DNA of 63,324 nucleotides, counting the filler, from Basidiobolus ranarum (lineage: Eukaryota), in assembly GCA_040143965.1 (NCBI GenBank). It is 35 parts of 35 records of this genome, joined end to end, with 100 filler letters (N's around TTAATTAATTAA, not from the genome) between each part and the next. Parts side by side here need not be neighbours in the genome. Positions count along the whole stretch, not along the records: positions 36,309 to 38,018 come from JASJQH010004502.1; positions 38,119 to 39,828 come from JASJQH010004503.1; positions 39,929 to 41,638 come from JASJQH010004504.1; positions 41,739 to 43,448 come from JASJQH010004505.1; positions 43,549 to 45,257 come from JASJQH010004506.1; positions 45,358 to 47,065 come from JASJQH010004507.1; positions 47,166 to 48,873 come from JASJQH010004508.1; positions 48,974 to 50,681 come from JASJQH010004509.1; 27 more parts are not named here. One strand, written 5' to 3'. Shown piece by piece: positions 36,309 to 50,781 of this stretch. Each line of letters opens with the position of its first letter. Positions within the stretch are counted from its first letter, which is position 1. Below the pieces are notes generated by a model that was given only the letters and a program-made list of their open reading frames with translations, did no database searches and was not told where the DNA came from. The translations under genes and the position numbers were made by a program.

Positions 36309-37352
36309 CAGTTAGATAGTGAATCACCAATTATACAAGACCATAAAAATATTGTACTTGAGCTACAGCAACATGCTGCTCCCTCCATCCATTCTCATAT
36401 GGGATTTCAATCAATTTCACACCATACATATGAACAACTCCATGACAATATAGCAGAGCAGAATATGTGTTGGACCATTAAGCCTACACAGCTAACCATA
36501 ATTACTTGGGCACATGAAATTAGAAATCTCATAGAAAAACCAGCCTATCAAAAGACTCTGAATGTCCAAGCTGCCATCACTTGCTCTGATGATGAGTGGT
36601 TTAACGTTTTAGAACCTGTATGGAATCTTGCCCAAAATCATCTGGCTTTGAGCAATAGTAGAAAAACCAAAAACCTGGTGTGACTCTGAAGGTTCTGGAC
36701 TTATTTCATGTGGTTTATCCTGGGCTTTTGCAAGCAAATGGCAATTGGGCTAATGTAGGCCTATTCATGAAACATCTCATATATGTACCTAAGTATTGAC
36801 TTCAAAAAGAAAGAAATGCAGCTAAAGAAATACTCAAGGAGCAGGAAGTTAGTAAACCCAAGGGAAAAGCAAAGGAGCCAGGGAGTTTAGGCCCTACTGT
36901 GCCACTTACCAAATTCTTCACACCATTACAAAGATCTGCACTTCCAGAGTCAGATATACTGGCAAAAAAGCTTAATTTCACCTTGGAACTAAGATAAACA
37001 CAATGAGATTCTAGTATTTTTTGATTCTCATTGTGGATGGAATACAAAGCCTGAAATATCTGAATAAAGGCCTTCATATTTATTTGAATTTCTACAGCAG
37101 TATACCCAGTAATTTGCTATTCAAATATTAGATTTTTACAACAATTGCTGGATATTGAATAATGCATGCCAAATTTCAGGATCAATAATATAACCTGTCT
37201 GAATACCATCAAAATGCCATCAAGAAACTGATGTCATAACAACAAAATCCCTGGCAGAATGCAAGCCACCAATATTGTGATGCATATCTGATGGTTTTGC
37301 TATTTAGGGGGTGGATCTGATCTGGATCAAATCAATTTTACTCTTGTTTGGG
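36309..37352 (+). mobile_element. Rearranged CMC: ORF2 middle joined (~36985) to terminus B
   Basis: ORF2 homology, then B-end sequence finishing CTCTTGTTTGGG. Confidence 0.75.
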
Positions 37353-38018
37353 TATTTTAGTGGATGAAATGGAGTGCATTGGAGTACTTACCAATGCTCA
37401 AGATGTCATAGTTACAATCCTGAGTAGCCTGTCACACAAGTTTCAGAGCCTAGTAATGGCTCTAGAATCAAGAACTGAAAATTTGATCTTCAAGTTCATA
37501 TTTAGCATATATCTGTATGAAGATTTATGCCAATCAGGATCCAACCAAAAGAAAGAAGAAAATGCTTTAATAGGCATTGGGAAACCTTCCTATAAAGGTC
37601 TAAAGCACTCTGAGAAGAAAAGTAACACATTCTGTGATTATTGTAAAAGAACTGGCCATTCAATCAAAGAATACTGTAAGAGAATTACAAAAGAGAAAAA
37701 AGTAGTAAATCTGGACATGTGTTTACAACAGAAGATTACTTGTTCATATCTGCTCTATCTGTGACTACCAATAAGGATTCTGAGATGTGGTATATTGATT
37801 CTAGAGCTTGCCAACATTTCACAAATGAAAATACTTGGTTTGTGGAATCTTAATAATTCCCAATTATAAAGGTGTTTGTGGGAGATGACTGCACATTGGA
37901 TGCTATTGGAATGCAAACAATTCAAGTCAGTTTAACTGTAGCATCTGAAGAGAAATATATACTTCTAAGGATGTACTACATGTTCAAGACATTGCCAAGA
38001 ATTACTACTTTTTTCTCT
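37353..38018 (+). pseudogene. Copia-A gag C-terminus, zinc knuckle and protease
   Basis: CDYCKRTGH; WYIDS. Confidence 0.9.
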
Positions 38019-38118
38019 NNNNNNNNNNNNNNNNNNNNNNNNNNNNNNNNNNNNNNNNNNNNTTAATTAATTAANNNNNNNNNNNNNNNNNNNNNNNNNN
38101 NNNNNNNNNNNNNNNNNN

Positions 38119-39828
38119 GAAAATGCAAAAAAAGTTTGCAGACTCCAGAAAACACTCTATGGCTTGAAACAATCTCCAAGAGCTTGTAATAGCAAGATAG
38201 ATGCTTTTTTAGAAACACTCAAATTCCAAAAGAGTAATATTGACTATAGTATTTATTTCAGGCCAGATCAGACAAACCCAGTTTTATTAGCCTCATATGT
38301 AGATGACCTTATTATAGCAACCAATGACTTGAAGACTTTGGAGAAAACCAAATCCAACTAATCTGCCAAATTCAAAATGACTGATCTTGGTGAACTGACA
38401 CACTATCTTGGAATCCAAATTAAGATAGATAGAACACCAAAACAATAACTTTAAACCTCTCTAAGTATATCCTAGATATACTAAAGAAGTTTAAAATGGA
38501 AGAATGTAATCGAGTATCTACCCCAATTAAGACAAATCTTAACTTTTCCAAAAATGGCTTAAATCAGATGTTTTTGGATTCAAATGAAAGCCAGGAATTT
38601 CCTTATCAATCCATGGTTGTTAGTTTGATGTATATCATGGTTGGACCACCTGCAGATATTGCATATTCTGTAGAAGTTATGTGCCCATATCTTCAAAAAT
38701 TATGGATCTGATCAAATCAAAGCAGTTATGTGGATTTTCAGATATATGAAAGGTACTGTGGATCGATGCTTAAAATACAAATAATTTGGATCAAACTTTG
38801 ATCAGATGGGATATTCAGATGCAAATTGAGGAAGAGATATTAAAGACAGGGGATCTACAACAGGATACTTATTTCTTTGCTGTAACAGAGCTATTTCTTG
38901 GAATTCAAAGAAACAACCTACTGTAGCACTTTCAACAATAGAATCTGAATACATATCTGCCTGTGAAGCAACAAAAGAAGCAATATGGTCAAAAAACTGT
39001 TAACAGATTTGGGTTATTCACAAAACTCACCAACTACAATATTTCAAGATAATCAAAGTTGTATCAAATTACCTAAAAAATCCCATGTTTCATTATAGAA
39101 GCAAATATATAGATATCAAGCATCACCTCATTAGAGAGACTATAGAGAATAAGTTTATTGACTTAACTTATTGTTCTACAGAAGGTATGTTTGCTGATAT
39201 GTTGATCAAGCATTAGCTAGACAGAAATTTGAGAAATTTAGCCTCAATTTGGTTTAGTTTATATGACTACTTTGTTGAGAGAGAGTGTTAAAATTAGCTT
39301 TGCCCAAACATTTATATAGTCATATATAACTTAGTACTTAGTTATCTTATAATTCAGTAAGTTATTATCTACTATTCTCAATTGAAATTTACTTAGATAT
39401 TTTTACCAACTTAGAAGTTCTCAGATATACAGATTTTTGCAAACTTGTGCTAGAAGTGTAGAAGTTTATAGTCTTTATCATATTTGCTATCTCTATTTTT
39501 ATATACCTGACTATTTCATATGTCACATATAAGTTAGTTAACATTACTTAGTCAAATATCACTTAGCTGAAAATCGGAACATATATTATATATATATGTG
39601 AATAATGTGAGAATTAGCAATTCCATATTGGAAATTTCAAACTCGTCCAAATTACCCCAAAAATAGCTCATTTTACTCCCACAGATGTTCTGAACACAAC
39701 CCCAGTGTTAGTTTTCTGTATTTCCACCAAAAAGTATAAATGCTTTATTTCTGGACAATAAACAATTATCTCACAAAGCTATTCACAACTCCACTTTTCT
39801 AAAGTTCCTCCAAACAGCCCATATTTTC
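38119..39828 (+). mobile_element. Copia-A RT-RNase H and 3' LTR-A (from 39286), interrupted by LTR-C (39457-39828)
   Basis: LYGLKQSPR, YVDDL, KKQPTVALS; PPT TTGAGAGAGAG. Confidence 0.92.
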
Positions 39829-39928
39829 NNNNNNNNNNNNNNNNNNNNNNNNNNNNNNNNNNNNNNNNNNNNTTAATTAATTAANNNNNNNNNNNNNNNN
39901 NNNNNNNNNNNNNNNNNNNNNNNNNNNN

Positions 39929-41193
39929 AAATCCAGCTTATCTGTCAAATTCAAAATGACTGATCTTGGAATCCAAATCAAATTAGATAGAACTACCAGA
40001 AAAATAACTCTAAATCAGTCTAAGTATATCCTAGATATACTAAAGATGCTTAAAAAGGAAGAATGTAATCCAGTATTTACCCCAATGGAGACAAATCTTA
40101 ACTTGACCAAAAATGGCTCAAATTAGATGTTTTTGGATTCAAATGAAAGCCAGAAATTTCCTTATCAATCAATGGTTGGTAGTTTGATGTCTATCACGGT
40201 TGGAGCACAGTTAGATATTGCATATTCTGTGGGAGTTATGTGCCAATATCTTCAAAATTATGGATCTGATCAAATCATAGCAGTTAAGTGGACTTTCAGA
40301 TATTTGAAAGGTACTGTTGATCTATGCTTAAAATACATATATTCTGGATCAAACTTTGATCTGATGGGATCTTCAGATTCAAATTGGGGAAGATATATTG
40401 AAGACAGGAGATCTAAAACAGGATACTTATTTCTTTGCTGTAATGGAGCTATCTCTTGGAATTCAAAGAAAAAACCAACCATAGCACTTTCAACAACAGA
40501 AGCTGAATATATGGCTGCCTGTGAAGCAACAAAAGAAGCAATATGGTCAAGAAAACTGTTAATAGATTTGGGTTATTCTCAAAATTCACCAACTACAATA
40601 TTTCAAGATAATCAAAGTTGCATCAAATTAGCTAAAAATCCCACGTTTCATAATAGATGCAAGCATATAGATATAAAGCTTCACTTCATCAGAGAGACTA
40701 TAGAGAATAAGTTTATTGACTTAACTTATTGTTCTACAGAAGATATCATTGCTGATATATCAAACAAACCAATAGCTAGACAGAAATTTGAGAAATTTTG
40801 ACCTTTATTAGGATTAGCTTATATGACTATTTAGTTAAGGGAGAGTGTTGAAAATAGCATTGCCTAAACACCTATATAGTCGTATATAGCTTAGTACTTA
40901 GTTATCCTTTAATTCACTAAGATATCATCAATTATTCTCAATCAGAATTTACTTGAAATATTTTTACCAACTTAGAAGTTCTCAGATATATAGATTTTTC
41001 AAACTTGTGCTTGAAGCCCCAAACATTGCACACATGTTCCTGGGATGTTTCTTAACACATTCTACTTGTTGGTTTGTTTACAATATGACAAAACTATAAA
41101 TGTCAACTTTCTACTCAATAAATCAATAAGTGCAAACTACCAATTCCTCTAATTCTCCAAACTACTTCCATCAGGCTCCAAAATACTTTAACA
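39929..41193 (+). mobile_element. Copia-A RT end-RNase H and complete 3' LTR-A (40846-41193)
   Basis: ORF 40127-40801 with STTEAEYMA, FQDNQS, KHIDIK; PPT AAGGGAGAG. Confidence 0.93.
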
Positions 41194-41638
41194 CTTACTT
41201 CTGGTATGAAACTTGAGATTTTTGGGAAAGAAATACAGCTTTGATTGTCCTTGAAAATTATGGTGGGTGAACTGTGCAAAATGCCCAAGTCTTTCAACAG
41301 CTTCCTTAACCACATAGCCTCCTTTATGGTATGTGATGCTGGCATGTACTCTGCTTCAGTTGTTGAAAGTGCTGCAGTGGGTTATTTCTTGCTATTAAGT
41401 GACAGATCTTGTGTCCTCAATATCACATCCCCAATCTGCATCACTTAACCTAATTGGATATTTATTCTTGTAACAATATGTGTATCTTTATCCCAGATCA
41501 ATTGTCCCCTTCAAATATCTGAAAATCTGCTTAACTGCTGCATAATGCTCAGATCCTGGGTTTTGCACATGTTGGCTGACTACTCCCACTGCAAAAGTGA
41601 TATCTGGCCAGGTTCCAGTCATAGCATAGATCAAACTA
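41194..41638 (-). pseudogene. Copia-C RT/RNase H fragment
   Basis: STTEAEYM; homology to 32330-32520. Confidence 0.85.
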
Positions 41639-41739
41639 NNNNNNNNNNNNNNNNNNNNNNNNNNNNNNNNNNNNNNNNNNNNTTAATTAATTAANNNNNN
41701 NNNNNNNNNNNNNNNNNNNNNNNNNNNNNNNNNNNNNNC

Positions 41740-41844
41740 AAGGAAGACAAAATGGAAGGTATCGAGAACGCACCTGAAGCATTCCTCCGTATTCTTCGAG
41801 GTGAAAACTTTGGTAAGCAAGTTGTGAAGCTTGCTGATCTTTAA
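41740..41844 (+). CDS. C-terminus of NADP-dependent 2-alkenal/prostaglandin reductase-like MDR oxidoreductase
   Basis: KEDKMEGIENAPEAFLRILRGENFGKQVVKLADL*. Confidence 0.9.
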   Translation, partial: KEDKMEGIENAPEAFLRILRGENFGKQVVKLADL

Positions 41845-43048
41845 ATCAAATAATGAGATCAAAATGTAAATCAATCACACTCCAGCATAGACAATCAATG
41901 TCATAATAAACAATGAACCCAAGTCCACAAATTCAGGAAATTAAGTAATACATCTTTGAGTGGTTAATTTCGACTATATGTATATCATACAGCCAACATT
42001 CACTGCTATATCTGCCGAGACACCCTTTAGAGCTGGTTTCTTGGCTACCAATAGAAACACATATACTTTCATAAAACCTGTTTAACAGTCAGTTTCTGTG
42101 AGGGTGGATTTCAATATCGAAATAATATGAACTGACTACGCTGATTCCGAAAATAAATGTAAAGGACTGTACTATATCCTTGCCATAACTGAGGTAGTAT
42201 TTGCATTCTTTACATACCAGGATAACCTTCTGAGTAACCGGAAAATCCATATGTGATGCTTCTTTAAACTAAGTACAAGTTGACTGGGACTAAGTTATGT
42301 GAGAGTTATTCTCTAACGGCATTGATGGGTACTTGCAGAATGTTGGTGGTAAGATGCAACTTACTACACTGAAGCATTATAATGACATTTCTCAATCCCC
42401 GTGTTTTGATCTTACAGTACAACTATTGCTCGGATCCTGATCCGGTGTGCAACATTGCCTTGGCATTGAGTAAAGTGATCAGATTCTAAGGGCTCATTGT
42501 TAGTGTTCTCGATGCCGAATTTACCAAGAATATTCCCAACTGAGTGAAAGAAGGAACTATGGTATACAAACAGAATAGAAAAGAAGACGCTCTGGAGGAT
42601 TTTAAGCAAGTAGTGATATCCATATATACAGGTCCCAATTTAATATAGAGTCTTTGTAATAAATATATTATTCAAGAATCCATCACTTCGAGTAATTTGT
42701 ATAGATTTTATTCACCATGCAAAATGGTTTACGTAGTCACAGAAGACATCCGTATCACCCTAGGTTAATTTTTACTTAGTCGTCATGTGGGGTGCTTATT
42801 ATTTTTAGAAATCTCTTTTAGTATTTTAATGTTCGATTTTCGGAATGCATCCGAGGAGCCATTTTACCGACTGTTCACGAATATTCGAGATAAGTTAGTG
42901 AAATTTTTTCGATGATGTAACAAACCGGATTGGCTATAGAATCTACACACCTAGTCATCAGTTGAATGAGATACAGTGCTAAATTCGGTAGTTACTTTCC
43001 AACATTTGCTGACTAACAATTTGGAAGCTTCAAGTTAAAATCAGGACC

Positions 43049-43056
43049 TATAAAAA
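43049..43056 (+). promoter_or_regulatory. TATA box
   Basis: TATAAAAA ~60 nt upstream of ATG 43110. Confidence 0.55.
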
Positions 43057-43109
43057 GCAAAGCCATCCTTGATTATGATCATAACATTATCTCATTGATA
43101 TTTCTTAGC

Positions 43110-43448
43110 ATGACTTCCAACAACACTCAAGTAATCTTCAAACAAGTCCCTGAGGGCATGCCTGTTGTAGGCAAAGACATCGAGTTGGTCACCAAAGAAT
43201 TCGATGTCAATTCTGTCTCTCTCAATGACAATGATGTTCTCCTTCGCAACTTGTACATGTCAGTTGACCCATATATGCGCGGTAGAATGCGTCCTGCCGG
43301 AACCAAGTCTTACGCTCCTGCTTTCACCCTAGGTGAGGTTATGCAAGCCGGTGGTGTCAGTGAAGTGATCAAATCCAAGAACCCTGAATACAAGGAAGGT
43401 GATATTGTCACTGGTATGATTGGTTGGGAGAACTACACTGTCATTTCC
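43110..43448 (+). CDS. N-terminus of a second NADP-dependent alkenal/prostaglandin reductase-like oxidoreductase
   Basis: VLLRNLYMSVDPYMRGRM...GVSEVIKSKNPEYKEGDIV...GWENYT. Confidence 0.92.
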
Positions 43449-44025
43449 NNNNNNNNNNNNNNNNNNNNNNNNNNNNNNNNNNNNNNNNNNNNTTAATTAA
43501 TTAANNNNNNNNNNNNNNNNNNNNNNNNNNNNNNNNNNNNNNNNNNNNAAGATTTGTACTGCAGCTAAATGACTGCAGAAATCCACTGATTAAGAAGTGG
43601 CTAGCCACTCAATCTTCAAATGCACTATCATGCCAGAAATTGACACAAGATGATCCTGTTGTCTCTGAGTTAGCTTTACAGCTGCATGAAACAAAACAGC
43701 CTAAAATTGTTGCTTCAGACTTCCAGCTAGACCTTTGGAAGCAATACCCTGCCTCTAAGACATCTTTCTTGATTCCCATTATTCCAGGTTTTTGTCCTAT
43801 TTTCCATCTAATTTGTACTGAGTACCTTCCTTTCTGCTTACCACCCCTGCCCCTTAACACTATATTTACATCCTCTGAACTTGATTACATTGGTCATCAA
43901 GTTAAGTATGGATATGATCCAGTATTGTCACAATATCTTAAAAGATTAATGTCTTGATTGTCACTTTGTTTAGATTAGTATTTAAGCTAAATAAAGTCAA
44001 CACCATATGGTGCTTTTCATCCTCC

Positions 44026-44856
<831 letters not shown>

Positions 44857-45357
44857 TAAGCCTAGCTGACCATACGTTTGGCTTGCTTTGTTTGGAATTG
44901 AAAACGAATTATATAGCAGCATTTTACACTCGCTTTGATATTTATTGTACTAAATAGTAAGATTAAAAGATTAAGGTATTATTGTGCACCTTGAATCTTC
45001 AGTTATTATCGGAGGTTTAAGCAACCCGAATATGTGTTTGGTACTATTGGAGGTGTAAGTCTTTTAGGGCTTCATCGTACAGTCTCAAAACCATTAGTAA
45101 TAGTCATTACTGCTTCTACAAACAAATTCAAGAAGTACTTGGTATTATTAAACCGCTGTCCAGCTTGCGTTTATTGAGGGTATATAAGAGCAATAAACTA
45201 ATGAATTTAGAATGAATGAAATTTTATAACCATTATAAAACGCTTAGTACTAACGCTNNNNNNNNNNNNNNNNNNNNNNNNNNNNNNNNNNNNNNNNNNN
45301 NTTAATTAATTAANNNNNNNNNNNNNNNNNNNNNNNNNNNNNNNNNNNNNNNNNNNN

Positions 45358-47065
45358 AAATATCAATTAGATCACTTTTACCAATTTTCACTATTTTCTC
45401 AAAACTTCTCCAAATCACCTCAAATTTTCACCCATGCTTAACAGGCATGTTTATTATGATCTAAGCACATCCAATAGTCCTATTTCATAGTAAACTATAA
45501 ATAGAACATATTCAATTCAATAAAAACTTAAGTGTCTAATTCACAATTCCAAATCTTGTCCAAAACACTTCCAAATCCCCTAAACACTTTTATCACAAAC
45601 AAGTTCTGCTACCAACAAAATGTTTCTAAGAAGACAATACTTTAACTTAAAGATGAAGCCAGGAGAATACATCAAATCAATAATTAATAGAGTTACTCCT
45701 TTAGTAGATTATATGGAATGCATTGGAGTACCTACCACTGATCAAGGTATCATAGTTACAGTCCTGAACAGCCTGCCACACAAGTTTCATAGCCAAGTAA
45801 TGGCTCCAGAATCAAGAACCAAAATTTGATGTTATTTATGTATTTGGTAGATTTCTGGATGAAGATTTATGAAATTCAGAATCCAACCAAAAGAATGAAG
45901 AGAATGCTGTATTGTGTTATAGGAAACCTTTCTATAAGGTCAAAAGCACTTAAAGAAGAAGAGTAACATCTACTGTGATAACTGTAAAGGATTTGGCCAT
46001 TCAAGCAAAGATTGCTCAAAGAATTGATAAGGAAGAAAGCCGTAGTGAATCTGGAAATGTGGTGACAACAGAACACTATTTAAGCACTTTTGCAAAGTTC
46101 AGCAATTAAACAAGAAACTACTGCCCCCTATTCACCTCAACAAAACCAAACTGCCAAAAGATCTAATGGTACTGTAATAGAAATGGTAACATCTATGATA
46201 AATGCACAAGCCTTTTGCTCCTGTAAGCAAGTTTAATTCAATCAGACTAATCTTAACAATTTCAGCTAAATATCAGTTTATTATAAATCTCATGGATGTT
46301 AAAACTGCTTTTTTCAACAATGAGCTTGCTGAGGAGATCTATATGGACCAGCCAGATGGATTTGTGGACCAAGAAAACCCTAAGACAGTTTGCAGACACT
46401 GGAAAACACTCCATGGCCTAAAACAATCTCCAAGAACTTGAAACAGCAAAATAGCCACTTTTTTGGAAATACTCAAATTCCAAAAGAGTTATGCTGACTA
46501 TAGCATCTATTCTGGCCCAGATAAGACAAACCCAGTTTTGTTAGCCTTATATATAGATTGCCCTATGATAGCAACAAATGACTTAAAGACTTTGGAGAAA
46601 ACTAATTCCGGCTTATCTGCTGAATTCAAAATGACTGATCTTGGTGAATTGACATACTATCTTGGAATCAAAATTCATATCAATCAAACTACCAAAGCAC
46701 TAACTTTAAACCAGTCTAAGTCTGTTCTAGAAATACAAAAGAAGTTTAAAATGGAAGAATGTAATGAAGCATCTACCCTAGTGGAGACAAATCTTAACTT
46801 CACCACAAGTGGGTCAAATCAGATGTTGTTGCATTCCAATGAAAGCGCAAATTTTCCTTGTCAATCTATGGTTAGTAGTTTGATGTATATCATGGTTGGA
46901 ACATGGCCAGGTATTGCGTATTCTTGGGGAGTTTTGTGCCATTATTGTTGATACAAGTGTTTAGGGGATTTGGAAGTGTTTTGGACAAGATTTGGATTTG
47001 TGAATTAGACACTTAAGTTTTATTGAATTGAATATGTCCTATTTATAGTTTACTATGAAATAGGA
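45358..47065 (+). mobile_element. LTR-B end (to 45595), deleted copia-A gag-RT, and inverted LTR-B (from ~46949)
   Basis: MDVKTAF, EEIYMDQPDGF, GLKQSPR; LTR-B homology at both ends. Confidence 0.85.
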
Positions 47066-47165
47066 NNNNNNNNNNNNNNNNNNNNNNNNNNNNNNNNNNN
47101 NNNNNNNNNTTAATTAATTAANNNNNNNNNNNNNNNNNNNNNNNNNNNNNNNNNNNNNNNNNNNN

Positions 47166-47862
47166 GGAAAGCTACAAGACAGACTTCTTGGTGAGATAGA
47201 TGGAGATACGCAGTATTATTGCTTTAGCCATGGGGTAATCTATTCAAGCAATGACATATCTACTTGTGGCAGGACATTTGTTGACTGCAAGTGGGGGATA
47301 CATTGTCTGAATTCTTTACACAAATTTGCCAAAATCCAAGAGCTTATTCTCATTGTGAACAGTAACAAGAGTCATCTATTGGCCAGGTGTCAGTGCTATT
47401 CAAAATTTCAAATGTTGAGCAATTTTTTTACCATAGTTTGCTGGTGAAACATACTGATGTTGTTGAGTTATGTCCGATCAGTCAAGTATGCACATATGTA
47501 GAGACTATACACAAAGAGATTCTTGTATTTTTTGATTTTCATTATGGCTGGAGTACAAAGCTTAAAACATCTGAACAAAGACATGCATATTATTTCAAAT
47601 TCCTACAGCTGTATACCCCATAATTTGCCAATTGAAGATTATATTTTGCAAAAATTGCTGGAAACTAATAGTGCATGCCAAATATAGGGATCATTATATT
47701 AACATGTATGAATGCCATCAGAATACTGTCAAGAAACTGCCTTCACACCATGAGAATTCCTGGCAGAATGCAAGCCACCAATATTTCGATGGTTCTCTGA
47801 TAGTTTTGCCATTTAGAAGGTTGGATCCAATCTTGATGAAATCAATTTTATTTTTGTTAGGG
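47166..47862 (+). mobile_element. CMC transposase C-terminus and terminus B
   Basis: Ends ATTTTTGTTAGGG. Confidence 0.85.
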
Positions 47863-48873
47863 TATATGAATGAGTCCCAAAGTTTGGCCTATGCCAGCCC
47901 AGCACAAGTACAAGGGCCCCATATTGTAAAAGAGATCCTGAATGACCCTTTAACAATATTCTGGAGATCTGCAATGGCTGATGGGTACTAGGCTTTGATT
48001 GATAGTTAATCTTGGACTATAACCAGTTTTGCTGAATATGGAAAATCAATTAGCTGCCAATGGGTGTTTGAGGCTATACAAAGCTTTGATGGCAAAATAG
48101 AAAGGTACTAGCCTAGACTAGTAGCCAAAGGCTATTCCCATACACTAGGAATAGTTTATACAGAAATGTTTGCTTCTGTAGCAAAGTTTGATTCATTCAG
48201 ATTGATTTTGGCAGTTTCCACTAAGCTTCTACTTAATATACATCAAAAGGATGTTAAGGCTGCTTTTTTGAGTGCTGAGCCTGCTGAAAGGCCCTATACT
48301 AACCAGCTAGATGTGTTTGTTGATCTAGAAAACCCCAAAACAGCTTACAGACTCCCAATAACACTCTGAAGCTTAAAACATTATCAATGATCTTGGAATA
48401 GCAAAATTGATGCTTTTTTGGAAAAACTGAAAATCAAAAAGAATAATACTGACTATGGTATCTACTTCAGGCTAGATAATGATGAAGTTCTTTGTCTTCA
48501 TCATAGTTATCACCATTATCTTCATACACATGACTATTTCATATATTAAACTCAAGCTAGTTAACTTATTTGTTCATAAAACACATAGCTGAGAATTGCA
48601 ACATATATGGTATATATATGTGAGTTATCTGAGAGTAAGCAGTTTTAAACTTGTACTTTCAAGCTTGTCCATATTGCCCCAAGGACAGCTCATTTTACTT
48701 TGACAGATGTTCTGAACACATCTCCTATTGCGAAAATATGGGCTGTTTGGAGGAACTTTTGAAAAGTGGAGTTGTGAATAGCTTTGTGAGATAATTGTTT
48801 ATTGTCCAGAAATAAAGCATTTATACTTTTTGGTGGAAATATAGTAAACTAACACTGGGGTTATGTTCAGAAC
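47863..48873 (+). mobile_element. Copia RT N-terminal fragment followed by two LTR-C pieces in opposite orientation (~48480-48720 plus, ~48726-48873 minus)
   Basis: RLVAKGYS, QKDVKAAFL; LTR-C homology. Confidence 0.8.
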
Positions 48874-48973
48874 NNNNNNNNNNNNNNNNNNNNNNNNNNN
48901 NNNNNNNNNNNNNNNNNTTAATTAATTAANNNNNNNNNNNNNNNNNNNNNNNNNNNNNNNNNNNNNNNNNNNN

Positions 48974-50433
48974 TCTTGAACTTGCCACAGTATATTCCCT
49001 ATTAAGTATATTATGTTTCACCTTGCAATATCTATATAAGCCCCATGTATTCCTTGATCAGACCTCAGTCTGATCAATGCCAGTAATCAATAAAGATTCT
49101 TGCCAAAGTATCTTCCTTCTCCAGTCTTGTTTTGTCTTGTGGTCTACATCCAAGTACTCTCATGCCTTCTAGCCTCTTGTTGTTGTTTCCAGTCCTTGTC
49201 CAGTTCCTTATTGTGACAGAAATTGTTGAAATTAGCATTGCCTGGATACTTGTATAGTCATATATAGCTTAGTACTTGGTTATCTTATATTTTACTAAGA
49301 TATTGCTCATTATTTTCAATCAGAGGTTAGAATATTGACACTGACTTAAAAGTTCTGAGATATATAGATTTTTCAAACTTGTGCTAGAAGCCCCAAATGT
49401 TGCACACATATTCCTGAGTCCTTCCTTAACACATTGCAAACATTAGTTTGTCTTCATATTGACAAAAGTATAAATGTCAACTTTCTACATAATAAATCAA
49501 TGAGTGCAAACCACCAACTTCTCTACTTCTCCAAACCACTTCCAACAGGCTCCCAATTACTTTAACAGGAAGCAAACCCCAAGCTTGCCCTCTCTGCAAT
49601 GTCTGCTTCTAAAATTTCTGAAACTTTTCCCTCCTCTTGAAAATTGGTTGGAACTAACTATTGAGTTTGGAAAATTAAAATGAATATGCTGCAAGAAAAA
49701 GGACTTTGGGACACTGTTGTAGGTGAAGAAAACAATGTAAAACTATCTGAAACTAAAGCTTTGCTTGAGGTTACAGAAAACAAATTTCCTCTTACACAAT
49801 TTGCCTCAATGTTAAAGAAACATTGCAAGTTTAATGTTCATGAGCAAAAACTGCCAAGAAGTGTTGGAAACACTTGGAAGATACCGACCAAACATGTTCT
49901 GCTGCCAACAAGATGTCTTTAAGAAGGCAATTCTTCAACTCAAAGATGAAGCCAGGAACAGACAGCAAATCACTAATAATAGAGTCACTTTGTTTGCGGA
50001 TGAAATGGAATGCATTGGAGTGCCTACTACATATCAAGATAACATAGTTACAGTCCAGAATAGCCTGCAACAAGATATCTAGAATAAAGAACTGAAAATT
50101 TGACATTAAATTATGAATGTGACAGACTTCTGGATGAAGATTTATGCAAATTAGGATCAAACCAGAAGGGTAAGTAGGTTCTTGGATAGGCAACAGAAAT
50201 CTTCCAATAAAAGTTAAAAGTATTCTAAGAAGAATAGCAACACATTCTGTGTGTACTGCAAAAGAACTAGCCATTTAGCAAAGATTGCTTAAAAAGAATT
50301 GCAAAAGAAGAAAAATGCACTAAATTTGGAAATGTGGTTACAGCAAAAGATAACTGGTTCATATCTGCTCTATCTATGACTATCAACAAGGATTACCAGA
50401 TTAGGTATATTGATTCTGCAACCTCTGAACATT
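48974..50433 (+). mobile_element. LTR-D end (49218), copia-A 5' LTR (49224-49567), gag to protease
   Basis: TTGTGACA; TGTTGAAATTAGC...TTTAACA; CVYCK; YIDSATSEH. Confidence 0.88.
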
Positions 50434-50681
50434 AGACTTGTTCCATTTTATTGAGCCAGATCAGGCCAGCTAAAAAGTGTGCCAGCACAAATAGGCATGA
50501 TTGGGCACTATCTGGCAAGCTGTTATTTACCATTTTGGAAACAGTTTATTTTACTTATGTGGTATATTTGAGAAAGGTACTTTTAGACATTATTGCACAT
50601 TCAAAAGATAATGAAAGCTTTATTCATAGTGTCTTAAGTCTAGAGCTCTCAATGGATATCTTTGAGTATGGATGTATTGAG
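50434..50681 (-). mobile_element. MITE family 2 inserted in copia protease
   Basis: Begins AGACTTGTTCCAT after ATT; reverse complement of 53885-54131. Confidence 0.75.
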
Positions 50682-50781
50682 NNNNNNNNNNNNNNNNNNN
50701 NNNNNNNNNNNNNNNNNNNNNNNNNTTAATTAATTAANNNNNNNNNNNNNNNNNNNNNNNNNNNNNNNNNNNNNNNNNNNN

